Assembly (NCBI RefSeq): GCF_009914755.1
Contig: NC_060933.1
DNA: 64,000 bases
Strand: one strand, 5' to 3'
Source of the DNA: the human T2T-CHM13v2.0 reference genome, Homo sapiens
Each line of letters starts with the position of its first letter. Positions within the stretch are counted from its first letter, which is position 1. Shown in pieces: positions 42,330-61,168 of the stretch. The position numbers were made by a program, and so were the translations under genes. Below the pieces are notes generated by a model. The model had not been told where the DNA came from. It ran no database searches and saw only the letters and a list, made by a program, of their open reading frames with translations.

Positions 42330-42641
42330 CTTTTTCTTCTTTAAAAAAAAATAGAGAAGGGTCTCATTCTGTCGCCCAGGCTAGACTGCGGTGGCGCCAT
42401 CATAGCGTGAATTGCAGCCTCAAACTCCTTCCTAGTCTCAAGTAATCCTCCCGCCTCAGCCTCCCAAGTAGCTAGGACTACAGATGCATTCTACCACATC
42501 TGGCCAATTCTTCAAATTTTTTGTAAGGAAGGAATCTCACTATGTTGCCCAGGCTGGTCTCAAACGCCTGGCCTCAAGTGATCTTTCCACCTTGACCTCC
42601 CAAAGCACTGGGTTTGCAAGTGTGAGCCACTGCACCCAGCC
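42330..42641 (-). mobile_element. AluJ
   Basis: ctcactatgttgcccaggctggtctc; TSD a(c/t)aacccacat. Confidence 0.9.
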
Positions 42642-42859
42642 ATAACCCACATTTTTAAACTGCAATAAACTACCTAAATCTAAATGTAACAATTTTCAAC
42701 TCTTTTCTTTTAACCAATTCAACCCAGAAAACTCCAAAGAAGTACTGATGGGTGACCTAGGCCCTAAGAATTTGCACCTATGCTACACCTTGTTGGTTTT
42801 GTCTATTATCTTTATCCCCAAACTACTTTAAAATTAAAAATCAGGCCCTTTGAGTTTAC

Positions 42860-43035
42860 CCCCAATTAGTTGCTATGTGACTTGCAGCATGTTTTCAACC
42901 CCCTCTGTACCTCATTTTTTCCATCTGTCAAATTGTTGCTAATAATACCCTCCCTCAAAGAATAGAGGTAAGAATTAAATGATATCATATTAATACATAG
43001 GAGAGCAACACCTAGCATACTGTAGACACTTAATT
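42860..43035 (+). mobile_element. MIR SINE
   Basis: gctatgtgacttg...ctctgtacctcatttttccatctgtcaaat. Confidence 0.7.
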
Positions 43036-43399
43036 TCCTTCTGTCGTGTCCAAGATCATTGTTTCTAGGCTCTTCAAGCATAGGTCTCAACATTTCAAAA
43101 TTACTTCCCCATCTCTACACTAAGCTCCATCCCTCTTGAGGATTTCCAGCTATTTTCATCCCAGAGCTCTTGGAGCTTCTCTGCCTCACACAGTTTTTCT
43201 ATGCACTAGTCATGTTTGCTTATTTATTAGAGATGGTTTCATTTACCCTTCCCTCAGTTTTTACCTGCCTGGTTCTTTTCCTCATTGGTGCTGTGCTTCT
43301 TTCTAATTACAACTGTACACTATCAGTTTATTTGACACTTTTCTATTCACATTGATTTAAAAGACTATTCTTTACAGTTAAACTAACATACGGAAAATT

Positions 43400-43722
43400 G
43401 GCCAGGCACAGTGCCCCATGCCTTAATCCCAGGAACTGGGGAGGCCAAGGAGCTCCTGAGCTCAGGAGTTCAAGACCAGCCTGGGCAACATGGCAAGACC
43501 TTGTCTCTACTAAAAAGGAAAAAAATTAGCCAGGTGTGGAAGTGCATATCTGTAGTCCCAGCCACTCCAGAGGCTGAGGCAGGAGGATCGTTTGAGCCCA
43601 AGAGATTGAAGCTACAATTACTGAGGCTGCAGTGAGCTATTATCACACCACTGCACTCCAGCCTGGGCAACTGAGCGACACCCTGTCTCAATAAAAAAAA
43701 AAGAAAAGAAAAAAAAAAAAAA
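43400..43722 (+). mobile_element. AluJ
   Basis: dimer with J diagnostics (ggaggatcgtttgagccc); small internal duplication at about 43606-43633. Confidence 0.9.
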
Positions 43723-44759
43723 CCTAAGACACAGAAAATTAAAATAGTTTAGGACAAATAGTGATCATCGTAGCCCAGGATAAAAACATTTGGTTAATTC
43801 TTTGAAAATGATTTTGGTTTTTATAGTTTATGCATTCACCTATCAGATCCTGTGGTTCTACCAATCTGGTTGCTTGATGGGCTGTAAAATTCAACTTGTT
43901 TATTGAAATGGTAGATGCTAAAGAGAGTATTTGCCTGGCAAGGCAGAGAAAAAATAAAATTAAAATATAAGCTTTCAAAAAGGTTCATCAGTACTACTAA
44001 GGTTGCAATCACACACATACAAATAAATCCCTTTAAAACCTCTAAAAATGAGTTGTTTGATCTATGTGAAAATACCTCAGATTAAGAAAATCTCAATTCT
44101 GGTGTCAGAAAGACGAGATATATAACAGGGAACGTCTCTTTAAAACAACATAAAACACAGTTAAAATGTATTTTAACTATCCTCAGAGGTCATGTTTTTC
44201 TCTCTTTTTTTTGCTATTTTTTTGTTTTTCTCTTTCCTTAACAAAACATTCTCCCCAATCCTCTGTTCAATACACAAATTTGAAATGTTTAGTGATACAA
44301 AAGAAAGTACTATTCTTTCTTTTAAAAAGAACATTTTTTTAAATCTTAGATGTCTGAAGGTGGAAGAAAGTATTATTCTTTATATAAATATGAATTACAT
44401 GTCTTTTATAGACTACATGCTTGTTAATTTTCCTAATGGAGTTTAAAGTCTTTCCAATATCCCAGAGTTAATCCCAACCTGCTTCAAATTACCATGTTTT
44501 GAAGTTTTGCCTCAAGTTTTTTGGTCAAGGACACACAAAAAAAATCAAATCAAGTGATATCATTACAGAATTTTTTTAAAAAAGTAACAGAAAACAGTAA
44601 TAAGAATTCTTAGAATTTTCCCTTAAAAATCCTTAGGATCATTCCATTCAATCCAGTGAACTTATATAAATTATTGCAATGACTTAATTTAGTACTACCT
44701 GGGAAAATGGCTAAAACTTCCTTTTCTATTCAATATTTGGTTTTAAAAGAGCTGCAATT

Positions 44760-45655
44760 ACAACTGGCACCCAGATCTTGGTTTCCAATACTATTTTCCA
44801 ATAAAAAGAATCGGACTTCCATGGAGAAAAAGCTGATTCTAGGAGTGAAGCAGGAAATATAAAAGGCGAATCTGGAGCATCCTGCAGTGTAGGAAAGCGA
44901 AGCGCTCAAAATAGAAAACAAAAATAAAACACAATGATGAAAGTGTGTTAAAGAGATATAGAAGTCAACTAAAAGAGCTCTCAATGGCCAAAGTTGGAAC
45001 AATTTGAGCAATAAAACTGTAGTACTGGATTATAACCCAAAAATCATATAATCCATGAGCCATATTTATATATGTAAATGACTGAGGCTGGGCACAGGGA
45101 CTCACACCTGCAATCTCAGAACTTTGGGAGGCTGAAGTAGGAAGTTCACTTGAGCCCAGGAGTTCAAGATCAGCCTAGGCAACATGGTGAAACCCCATCT
45201 CTCAAAAAATTACAAATATTAGCAGGGCATGGTGGCGTGTCTGTAGTCCCAGCTACTTAGGAAGCTGAGGTAGGAGGATGGCTCAAGCCCAGGAGGTCGA
45301 GGCGGCAGTGAGCTACGATTACGCCACTGCACTCCAGCCTGGGCAACAGAGAGAGTCTCAAAAAGATAATAAATAAGTTTTGACTGAAAAAATAAATAAA
45401 CAGAATGACAGACAAATTTCTTGTGCAGAAGCATTCCAAATAATTTACTTAGCCCTCAGGAAGGTGGAACATAATCTTCCACTTCTTATGTGTAGGCTGC
45501 ATATAGTGACTTCCTTCCAGAGTAACCTGATAGTGGATAAACCTATTAATAATAGGGGAAACTGGGTGTAGCATACATGGGAACTCTGTTTAATATCTTC
45601 ACATGCTTTCTGTAAATCTAAATTTATTCTAAAATAAAAAGATGTATTTTAAAAG
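44760..45655 (+). mobile_element. L1MC/MD-type 3' UTR fragment
   Basis: aaagagctctcaatggccaaagttggaacaatttgagc; homologous to 35250-35700. Confidence 0.75.
45086..45377 (+). mobile_element. AluJ nested in L1
   Basis: cacttgagcccaggagttcaag; TSD tgactga. Confidence 0.9.
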
Positions 45656-46130
45656 TTTTTTTTTTTTTTTAATATCTGCTACTGACTTTGGCTTTCTGAA
45701 GTTTGCTATCTGGCTTACCAGTAGAAACCCTTAGTCAATTTTGGAATTGTACAATTTCAATTGTACAATTCTTCGTTACACTCTCAAATCCACAAGTCAT
45801 TTGTGCTGAAGTAGAATTGGAAAAATGAGAAGCATATTTCTGCATCTGAGTTCTGCTCTACCTGCAACTCCCTACATGACCTAAGTAACCAATTTTCTCA
45901 TCTATGAAACAAGACAAACCTGCTGCAAGGGCTTTCTGTTACCCCTATGGGGATGGTGGGTAATGCTGACGCCCTATCTGACACTCTCATCACTGAAGGT
46001 GTGTCATCTGCATCCTTCTCCAGCCTTCTCTAGCTTGGCCCATTCAGATGTCAATCTGGTACAAGATCTGGCTCTTCTAGTTTTCTTAAGAATTGATGCT
46101 CAAATGTCATTTTTTAAAAAAACAACTAAT

Positions 46131-46414
<284 letters not shown>

Positions 46415-46779
46415 TCATGTTAACACCATATTTGGAAGAATAACCACAATTTAGATACAATGGTTGCTTCTGTGTGGGGGAATAGGAGGCTGGTGTGGGA
46501 AAAAGACATACTTTGCACTCTATAGACACTCTGGCTATCTGAATTATTTTTTACTATGTGTATGCATTAGCTATTTAAAAACTTATTATAAAAGCAACAA
46601 GAAATCCATTATTACACAGGGAATACTATAGGTTTCTGATTTCAACCTTTGTATCTGCTATCTGTGTATTATCTCTTTTTAATATAGTACCATAGAAAGT
46701 AGCATGGCTCCAGGAGATTAGACTAAAATGATTTCAATCAAGTTCTTTTGTACCAAATCAGCCGTCTCAAAATACCATA

Positions 46780-46980
46780 GCAGTCTTGGAATCAAAAGCA
46801 ACTTAGGATGGAACATAGCCCTCTCTATTTACTAGTTATTTAACTTCACTAAATCCCAGCTTCTTCATCTGCAAAACTGGAATAACAGTACGCACATCCC
46901 GTAAGACTGTTGGAAAGATTAAATAAAAACACATGTAAATTTCTTAGCCTAGTGACAGGCCCATCTATTATGGTCATTAT
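46780..46980 (+). mobile_element. MIR SINE
   Basis: ttcttcatctgcaaaactggaataacagta...gattaaat. Confidence 0.65.
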
Positions 46981-47221
46981 CAGTATAAATGGAAGTCTGT
47001 AGACGAGATCTGATTAATCACTCTGTCATGTCTTCTACTCAGCTATGGATCCAGAAGCAACTCCCAAGTGTAAACACCCCCCAAGTGTAACTGGTTTTCA
47101 GCAATTATTATTCGCAGTTCATTAGGGAACTAAATACTTATCACTAACTAACTAAAATGAACAGTATTTCTTCTGCATAGAAATGCCCCAAATCCTAAGA
47201 CACAAGCAGAAGTCATACCTA

Positions 47222-47551
<330 letters not shown>

Positions 47552-48584
47552 GAGTAATTCTAATGAACAATAAAGCAACAAAAAATTCAAGAACAATGAC
47601 ATAAAACATGTTTAATTATACAGAGTGCTACAGTTGAAATTGTCTTTGGCATTATCCCAGAAGATGGCATAAATTTAGATTTTTTAAATATTTTAAATAT
47701 ATTTTTAAATATACCCCGGTCTTTTTGCTTTAGTTCACTGTAAAAAAAGATATGTCCACATTTAACTTGGGCATCAGTTTTTGAGACTAGTGATAACATA
47801 CATAAATAATTTTAGTAAAAATACAAGTTAGAGTAGTACATATAAATATATTAGCTGTTTAAATGGATATTTGAGTGGATTTTGTGTGCACAAATATGTG
47901 AATAAATAATGTTACCTACACGCACTCTTTGCTATGAATTAGGAATGTCATTCCTTTCCTGTCTCAAAAAAGTAGCTAAACAGTATATTTTACCCTGATT
48001 TCTACTTTATCTTGGGTTGTAAAATAAACCATTTCAAAAAATAAAGGTATATTTCTACTCACAGGATCTGTATTTGCATAGCTTCCCACAAACACATACA
48101 TATACACAGGCAACACTCGAGAGAAGAAATACATGTATATCTCCATGTACTTGAATGCAACTTCAGATATGTATGTTCTACCTTACCAAAAGATATATTG
48201 AGAATTTTTTTATACTTTCTAATTCTTTGCTTTAGATTTTGCTACAAGATTCCTTAAATTGCCTCTTATGTCTGAGATCATATATAAGAGAAAGAGCATG
48301 TGTAAAACTCACTTAAAATCACATCAAGCTACTTGGTTGCCACTAGAAAGCCAAAAAGCATGGACCCGCTATAAATGTTTAGGCTGTCCTTGTTAGTAAA
48401 TGCTCCAAAGCAACTGAGAAGAGATAGGGAAATCTGAAACTACAATGATAAAAATCTTAAAGAATCATCTATTCCAACTAGTTAAGACTAGGAACCACTG
48501 AAAAAATCCCATTCTATGACTAGGCTACCCTGTCCAATAATGGCTATTATTGACTATTTTTTTCCCCACAAATCTTTCATTTTA

Positions 48585-48780
48585 TATAATGCTTTACAGT
48601 TTATAAGCCATTCACATGTGTATCAAATCATCTAATCTCAACAAAACCTATGAGAAAAACGTGGTACAATTAAATCAGGGACACAGAAATAACGTGATTT
48701 ACACAAGGCCACTAAGCTACGAATGGTAAAACTGAGACTCATACCCAAGTCTCCCGCCCCTAAATGTATCTTCATTGTCT
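48585..48780 (-). mobile_element. MIR SINE
   Basis: ctcaacaaaacctatgag...gtgatttacacaaggccac. Confidence 0.6.
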
Positions 48781-48799
48781 CCCACCTCGTCTTCAGAAC

Positions 48800-49445
48800 T
48801 GAATTCCACTTTCCCTGACAAGTCCCATTTCTTGCAGCACAATGCCCCCTCATCCACCCAACTGGAACTCTTCCTTAGGTGTTTTACCAAATCCTCTCTA
48901 GTCAATTCCCCACACCGTAGCCAGAAATATCTTCCAAATTTAAATCAGGTACTCTTCTATGTAAGACCAGCAAATGTTTTTCACTGTTTCTAGGTAAGGA
49001 ACAGACTTCTTACCAAGGTCTTTAAAGGCTGAGTGGCCTCATTCCTTTCTACCGTTTCAGGTTTAGAGCAGATTCTGTATGCATCAGACAGGCTGTTTTT
49101 CTTAAGCACCATGCTTACTCACCCTAGATCCCTCTCCACCCCTTTTCACCTAGTCAATGCATATTCTTTCTTAATTCAGGCAAGCCTTCCCTTCCCTTCC
49201 CTTCCCTTACTAAGCAAATCAAATGCTCCTACTATATACTCTTTCTCATGACACTGTATACTTCTACTTCATTGAAGTTATCATAGCTGCAATTTACATT
49301 TACTCATGTAATTACTTGGTTAATGTCTACCTTTTCCATCAGACTGTCAGTGCCATAAAGAGTAAAAAGGAGGTCAGTTTTTCTGTTTTTAGTCACTATT
49401 ATATCCCCAATGCTTGGCACAATTTTCAGCCTGCTAGTAAATACA
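48800..49445 (+). mobile_element. L2 fragment
   Basis: ttaatgtctacc...agactgtcagtgccataagag...ccccaatgcttggcaca. Confidence 0.6.
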
Positions 49446-49717
49446 TGATTTAAAAGCTGAGCAAATATAGAACTAGGTTAATTCTTTCAGCCTTAAGTAT
49501 CTGAAAAGTTATTATTCTAATAATTTCTCTACACTACACACACAAAAGTTATGTTAGGAAACCATTCTGATTCTTCAAAATATTTTTTATAATAAAGTTC
49601 CCAGATACTTCTTAAAACCTGGAAACCATAAATGAATACAATGGTATCTTCTCATCAGTACAGAGACTGCACTTCCCCATTCCAAGTACTTCGCTTCTAT
49701 TAAAACAGTCTACACTT

Positions 49718-50062
49718 GTGTTTTAGTTTGTGCTGACAGAGCAATACTTGAGACTGGGTAATTTACAAAGAACAAAAACTTATATCTGACAATCCTTGGC
49801 TGGAAGTCAAGGTGTCGGCAGATTTGGTTGTCTGGTGAGGGCTGCATCTTCCAGAATGGAGGAAACTGTGTCCTCACATGGCAGAAGGCAGAAGAGCACG
49901 CTCCTGAAGGCTGTGTAAAGCTGTTTTTATAGGGGTTTTACTCCCATTCACAAGGGAAGGAGCCCTCATGACCTTATGACCAATCCCATGCTCGAATAGT
50001 ATCACATTGGCCCTTAAGTTTCTACATCTCACTTTTGGAGGAGACACATTCAAACCATGGCA
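49718..50062 (-). mobile_element. MaLR solo LTR (MSTC/MSTD or MLT1A-like)
   Basis: gagactgggtaattta, ggctggaagtcaag, tgtcctcacatggcagaag, ggagacacattcaaaccatggca. Confidence 0.85.
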
Positions 50063-50189
50063 CTGTGGGACATGGCAGTGACAGTTAAACCACAACTTTC
50101 CAGGTCTCTTCATATGAATTTCTTTTAAAACATATCCACTTGATCCGTGGCTAGTGTGATAATTTGACAAACCTATATGCAAAATTTTA

Positions 50190-51540
<1,351 letters not shown>

Positions 51541-51584
51541 TCATTTTTGCTTATATGGTATTTCACTTTAAGGAACTCCACACA

Positions 51585-52040
51585 CTTCATTCATTCAATG
51601 AATGTTTTACCGATTGCCATCTATATGCAATTCACCAAACTAGAGTAAAGAATACAAAGATGCCTGAGATCTATCTAGTCGCTGTCTTCAAGGAATCTAG
51701 ACAGAAATATAGACTGCTAGGTGGAATTGTAGGCTTCTATATTCCCAAGATAAAAATAAGTGCTGTGTGAGCAGAGTACAGAGCAACTAGCTCAAGCATG
51801 AAATAGCTGCTTAAGTCTTCATCAAGGAAATGACATCTGAGTTGAGTCGTGAGGAAGCAGTCATTAGAAGACTGGAAGTATCCTAGGGAACAGCATGTGC
51901 AAAGCCATGGCAATATAAAAAAGGACACTGTTTTCATGCAGGAATGATGGGCTTCATGCAGCTAGGATTTAAGGTGCATGAAGTGTAATTCCAAGAGATA
52001 ACTTAAAAATATGGGGTCAGTTATTAAAAAAGGCCTTGTA
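51585..52040 (-). mobile_element. L2 fragment
   Basis: ttcattcattcaatgaatg...tgacatctgagttgagtc...gggaacagcatgtgcaaag. Confidence 0.75.
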
Positions 52041-55000
52041 ATGTAAAGTCACCAATACATAGAATAAATAAAATGAAGCAAGTGCTGTCTACAGAATACT
52101 ATGCAGCAGTTAGGAGTAGCAATCCAGATGTATGCCATTGATATAGACAGATCTTTAAAAGAGTGCTGAGGTCAAAATAAATAATGTCTAGAGCATAACA
52201 CAAGTATTACAAATTTAAAATACAGGCACATCCAGTATTTGTCTGCACACAAAATAAATCTACATGTCTTACAAGCACACATACAAATAAAAGGATTCAG
52301 ATCAGAAACATCAGAATTTACCTATGGAGTAGAAGAGTAATGGAGGTGGGAAATAGAAACAAAGTGATTTTTTTAAAGCAGATAATACACCTGTTTTATG
52401 ACCCCCGAAGTCTGTATGTTTTCCTATAGGTGACAAAGGTTTTAAAGTCTGGGAATGGCAAAATCTAATGTAGCTTTTAGGAATAAAGTTTGGCACAGTG
52501 TAAAGAATACAGTCCTGTAGTTGTAGTTTCTTCTGGAGTCAATGAACATGTGTTCATTACCCTTTTTCTACACATGCTTAATAGATATTTATTATTCTGT
52601 AAGAAAAGGCTAAGTATAAGACTAAGCTACCAATAAGTAAAGATGGATATAGAAACTTTGGTAGTAGAAGAAAGTGAAGACAAGAGCTGACAGGGAATAA
52701 GTAGTTACAGACAAAAGCAGCATCTTCAAACTCAAATTTGATTATCTGCCAAGAATAGTATTGAAAACATTCCTGCATTGCCGTAGACACTGAATTAAAT
52801 AAATGCTAAGAATTTCACCAAATTGAAGATCTGTTCATTTTCTTGTAAGTGTGCCAAAGGGACGGCAATGAGAAATTAAAACAATGCCCCTCTGAGTATG
52901 TCTTGGGAGCTCAGAGTAAAGATCTCTGGAATAAACTCATACGCACCCTATCACTTGAGAGATGAATCTTGCATTACACCAAGAACTGCTTCATCTGTAC
53001 AAACAGACTTTCTATAGAACTGTAACTGAACACTACAGGCAATGAGCCAACACTTTTAAATTTCATCAAGCTCTAGTGCCAGGTGACAACTGTTTGCTGT
53101 GACATGATTTATGCAACACATTTCATCTAGTTATCTCAGAATCAAAGGAATTTTACCAAAGGGTTCTCATTCAGATAAACAGGAAGAATTTCTACCCCAA
53201 TCACATCTGTGAAAAGTGGAAGACACATGGTAAGTTTCAGGACAAGATCCTACTGATTAAATTCTGAGAATAAAGGACTGGAAAACATAAAATTGGCGCA
53301 GTTACTGGGCACTCCTCTATTATGAAGACACTGTTTTACATTTGGATGCAGTGAGCTAACTAAAAAGCGACCCGAATCAAAATAAATTTTATGAATAATA
53401 AGTGAAAGTATACATAATACATAACAATACTTATTTATATAACTTTACATTTCCATAGACATACTCATGAGAGTCAGAATTTTTTGTTTTGCTCTTCCCT
53501 TTTTGTTCTGTGCTTCAGTAATTTCATGGGGATTCTTTTCCTTCTCAATCTTCTCGTGAATTATCACTTCAGCCCCTAGTTATCTCATCCTACTACATTC
53601 TTATCCATTTTACTCAGAATAAGTTATAGTTTGATAGAAGGTAGAATTTAAAAGAGGACATCTTCCACTAATAACTCTAATACAATTTCATTTTGAAAGT
53701 ATTTTACCTAAAGAAGGTTATCTATGTTATCCATGGATGGTGAGAGTATGGGTGTAGTTCCTTTCTACTTCGTAATGTACGTATTGCTTTTGTAATCGAG
53801 GAAAGGGGTTTTAAATAATGATATAGTGACATGATGGAGAAAAAAAAACTTTATTATAACAAATGTTCAACTTCAAAAGATGGTTGGTTACATATCAAAG
53901 GACCCCAGTCTGGTATCTTTCTCTTGCCTTCTACCATTACTCTGGCTTACAACCCAGCTTAGATATGAATACACAAATTCATCAGCTTTATTGTAGGGAA
54001 TGTGACAAATTGGATGATGGAAGGCAGGGGCCAATAAAACCCAAAAGTTACATAACAGGTACTTAGAAAAGATACTAAATCTATTCTGGGCTCTACAAAT
54101 TAAATTATATGTTACTAAAATGCTCAATTTTCTTATGAGATGCAAATTAAATCAACACCAATTTAAGAACACAAATCCTCTTACACCTCAATCTATGCAT
54201 GGATGAAACTAAATAATCTAATATTTTAACAACATCACATAATAGATTTAATATTATTTTTTAAAAGTCCTTGTTCCATAAAACAATCATCACCCTATTT
54301 TCCCAGTTTTCCTCTACCTTATACTCATCAAATAAGATAAACCAACATTTTAAAAAATATAATTTTCAATGTTCAATTTTACTTTCCTTAGCTCTAAACT
54401 TGAAACTGATAAACTCAGTCATTGTAAAACCTTATTCATGTCACTTAGTTCATTTTGATCTACTTTAAATGAAGCAGGATTTCATAGACTCTCAGAGCTA
54501 ATACCTTACCTCCCTTAATCCCAACCCAACCCCACCCCAGGCTTAGGTAGTTATAGGCTACACATGCCCACTATCAAAAGAAAGCTTCAAAACACTGTAC
54601 TATTTTCTTGCCATTTCTAAGTATACATGCTTCTATTTCTACAGTGAGAAAAGACAATGCTTCCCTAATCACTTAACCAATTTCCTAACAACATATTATT
54701 TTTATTACATATGTAACAGAGAACTACAAACGCCTCTCAATACTTCTCCTGTAGTCTTACTCTAATGTATTTAATGTTCTCACCAATTATTTTTCTTATA
54801 AGATGACAGGTTATCACAATTTATAAAATCTGGTAGTTTTGGTACATTTTAACATTCATCGCTGAGATTTACTATTTCTTATTTTCTTTCTCATTAATAT
54901 TTATTTAAAATATTTATTTAATATAAATAATATTTATCTAAACTAGATAGACAAAATACATGTAGCAAATGTTTATAAAGCTCTTCACAAGGTTAAAATT

Positions 55001-55859
55001 CTAATATTTTTAAATATATGAGAGCAACAAACTATTTTCATCACAAAAAAATATAAATTGGGTTTCATGTTTGCCACCCAATAAAGTTCACCATTTTTAT
55101 TCATTTAATCCAACTTCCCAATCATCCAAAACAATTTTAACAGATACCGTGTTAGATGGTAGACAGCATTTGAAATCCTGATCCTAAAGTTCACAGAATG
55201 TGCTTTGGATGAAAATAGAACAGTTTTAACAGCAACATGTAAAAAGTCATCCAACGAGGTCAAATCAGTGACTAAGCAATCTAAATACATCTATCAGTTT
55301 TCTCATCTAAATGGGATACAATTTAAGAACTACTGCATGTTCAAGGAATAGTTTCCTGCCACAAAGAACTGTTAGTAGAACAATATTATGCTAGAAAAAG
55401 AATTTTTTTAATTTAATGTAACATAACAATTACCACTGACAAGTTGTTAAGCTGAAATATAAACAAAGTATGACTTAATGAGAATGTACAAGAGACTTCA
55501 CAAAATGTTTACATGAACGAAAACAAAATAATATAAGTATTAACATCTCTGTGAATATATTTTCATATGTCATATCTATGGCTTATTGATATTAAATTAA
55601 TATCCAAAGCTGTTAAATTTTAATTTGCATATCAATTTTTACAAAGGCCTATATAAGCATACCTAAATAAGCTATTTTATTTTCTGTTTTACTTTTTGTT
55701 TTTACATACAAATAATCATTTGGAGAACATCTGAAAGGGAGAACACACCCTTTAATACATATTAAGATATTTCTTATTTCAGTCACAAGAAATAAGTTGT
55801 TTGAGTGCCACAAGTGAACTTTTGTGTTTTCCGATTCATAATTAAGTTGGGGTTTACTC

Positions 55860-58620
<2,761 letters not shown>

Positions 58621-59086
58621 AGCAATGAAATATATGTTGAAGACTTTTATACTGGTGGGAATGTTTGATAACTTACCCATCCAAGAAACAGTTCCAATTT
58701 GTTAGATTTGAACACATAAACATGTAAATACTTAAAAAAAAAAAATTCAAAAGTTATCGGTGGAAAGGTAAGTGTCTCTCTCACCCCTATGACTTCTATG
58801 CCTTTTACCACTTAATTTATATTCACAAGCAAACAATATTGATATATAAGGACCTGTTCCTAATTAAGGTATCTATATGTTAAAGGGGTGCTTTATTAAA
58901 ATAGAAGAATCACTAACTCATAACAATATGCAGGTCATTCTTTTCCAGAGGGGAACCTTCCCCAAACCCTTGCAATCTGAACTCTTTACCCCTATAAATC
59001 AAGAGTATCAGTAGTCTGACAGCATCTTAGTATCTCACTTCTAACAACCTGCCAATCCTTGTTCTAATATCTCGTGGCAAATATAA

Positions 59087-59426
<340 letters not shown>

Positions 59427-59559
59427 CATATGTTAATCTGGATATATTACAAGTTCAATGAAAATATCCTTAAAGAGTAACTACAAAAATCAAAGCTATT
59501 ATTCCTATTATACAGGAGTTTACAGTATACAAAGAAGAGAAGGTATGCAAACAGGGCAT

Positions 59560-60560
59560 TTTTATTAATAATACAAGATACTATATATCTCAAAATAGAG
59601 CAGTGAGTGGTAAAGATAGTAAGTATTGCTATGGTGAAAAAAAGAAAAAGCAAAAGTGGACTCAAAGGAGATAGGGGAACTTGACTATTCCTAAAAATCA
59701 GGATTTGAAAAAAAAGTGAAGGACAGCATTCTTAGCAGGGCAAAGAACAGGAGAATGATGTAGCTGTGACCATATGAACAACATTTTCAGTGGTCAGAGT
59801 AGAGACAACATATTTGAGTTGGAAAATAAGAGAGAAATACAAGATTGGAAGTACAGAATTTATTCAAACAGCATTCATTAAGTACCTATTTATGCCATGC
59901 ATAGTACAGAAATGAGCAGTTTGAAAAGAAATTCCAGACTAAGAAATTTTGTCTTTTTACTCTGTAGCAGGAAAATAGAGTTCTAAAGAACTCATGGCAA
60001 TTTCATATAACATTATTTTAACCAATCTTGGCAACAAATAATTTTAAATAATAGAAAAACAGAGACTCAGGAAGGTATACATATATGCTTAAGGTCATAT
60101 AGCCAAAATCAAAGCAAAAATCCCACATCTTCCTATTCCTAGCTCCATGCTCCTTGTCTTGCTCTACTGGCTATATCCTTTAGTACTTTTCATTTTCTCA
60201 AGCAAATAATAAATTATTAAAAGAAAAAAATGTGATGCAATAAAAGCAATGTTTTAGTCAAATGCATATGGCTAGGTTGTACGGGCTGAATTAAAAGATG
60301 AAGAACATGGAAAAAATGAAATCTATTAGTATAGGTTGGCACAAAAGTAATTGTGGCTTTTGCCAATTACTTTTGCACTAACCTAAAGTTACTGTAATAA
60401 TCTAGGAATTGGTGGTAGCAGTAGGAATGGAAGCCATTGGATAGGAGACTTTGTATAAAAAGATTCAATTAGATGTCTTATTTGAAAATACCAAGAGATT
60501 CAAAGATAACTAGGTGATTAGTAAGTAGAGCCACTGATAAAATGTAAATGTCAAGAAATG
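59560..60560 (-). mobile_element. L2 fragments with an interspersed MIR (about 59990-60170)
   Basis: cagcattcttagcagggcaaagaacag, gtaataatctagg, gtagcagtaggaatggaag. Confidence 0.5.
60331..60386. mobile_element. MADE1 (Hsmar1 MITE), internally deleted
   Basis: taggttggcacaaaagtaattg...caattacttttgcactaaccta inverted repeat. Confidence 0.88.
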
Positions 60561-60850
60561 AGTCTATTTTATTGGAGAAATCATCTACTGTGGTCAAATT
60601 ATTGCCCGAAGTCAAAGATATTAGATCAAACATTTTATAAGTTTCTATCCCTGAAACAGAATAATCCAGTTTACTACCATCCTTGGATCTTTTATTTACA
60701 AATACTTATCATTTTCTGTCTAGACTTAAAGCTTAGACACCACCCTCTATCCAACCCCCGGAGGTATTCATATGCATAAAGCCCAATAAGAGTTTATGCC
60801 TACTTCCTGGAAACCTCTAAGAGAAAGCTGATATACCTAAATCTAAAGAA

Positions 60851-61168
60851 TTATATATATATATATATATGTATATACATACATATATATAAGTATATAT
60901 GTATATACATACATATATGTAAGTATATATGTATATACATACATATATGTAAGTATATATGTATATACATAATATATATGTATATACGTATATAATGTAT
61001 ATATGTATATACATATATAATGTATGTGTATATACATATATAATGTATATATGTATATACAATATATATTATATATACATATATATGTACATACATACAT
61101 ATATATACATATATATACACACACACAAATATATATATGTGTGTGTGTATGTACGTGTGTGTGTGTGT
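60851..61168. repeat. TA/TATG/CA compound microsatellite
   Basis: directly visible; includes three copies of a ~30-bp unit at about 60865-60970. Confidence 0.95.

Noticed and set aside
55105-55290. Minus-strand ORF or possible exon
   Set aside because: Poor donor (GTATCT) and no recognisable homology
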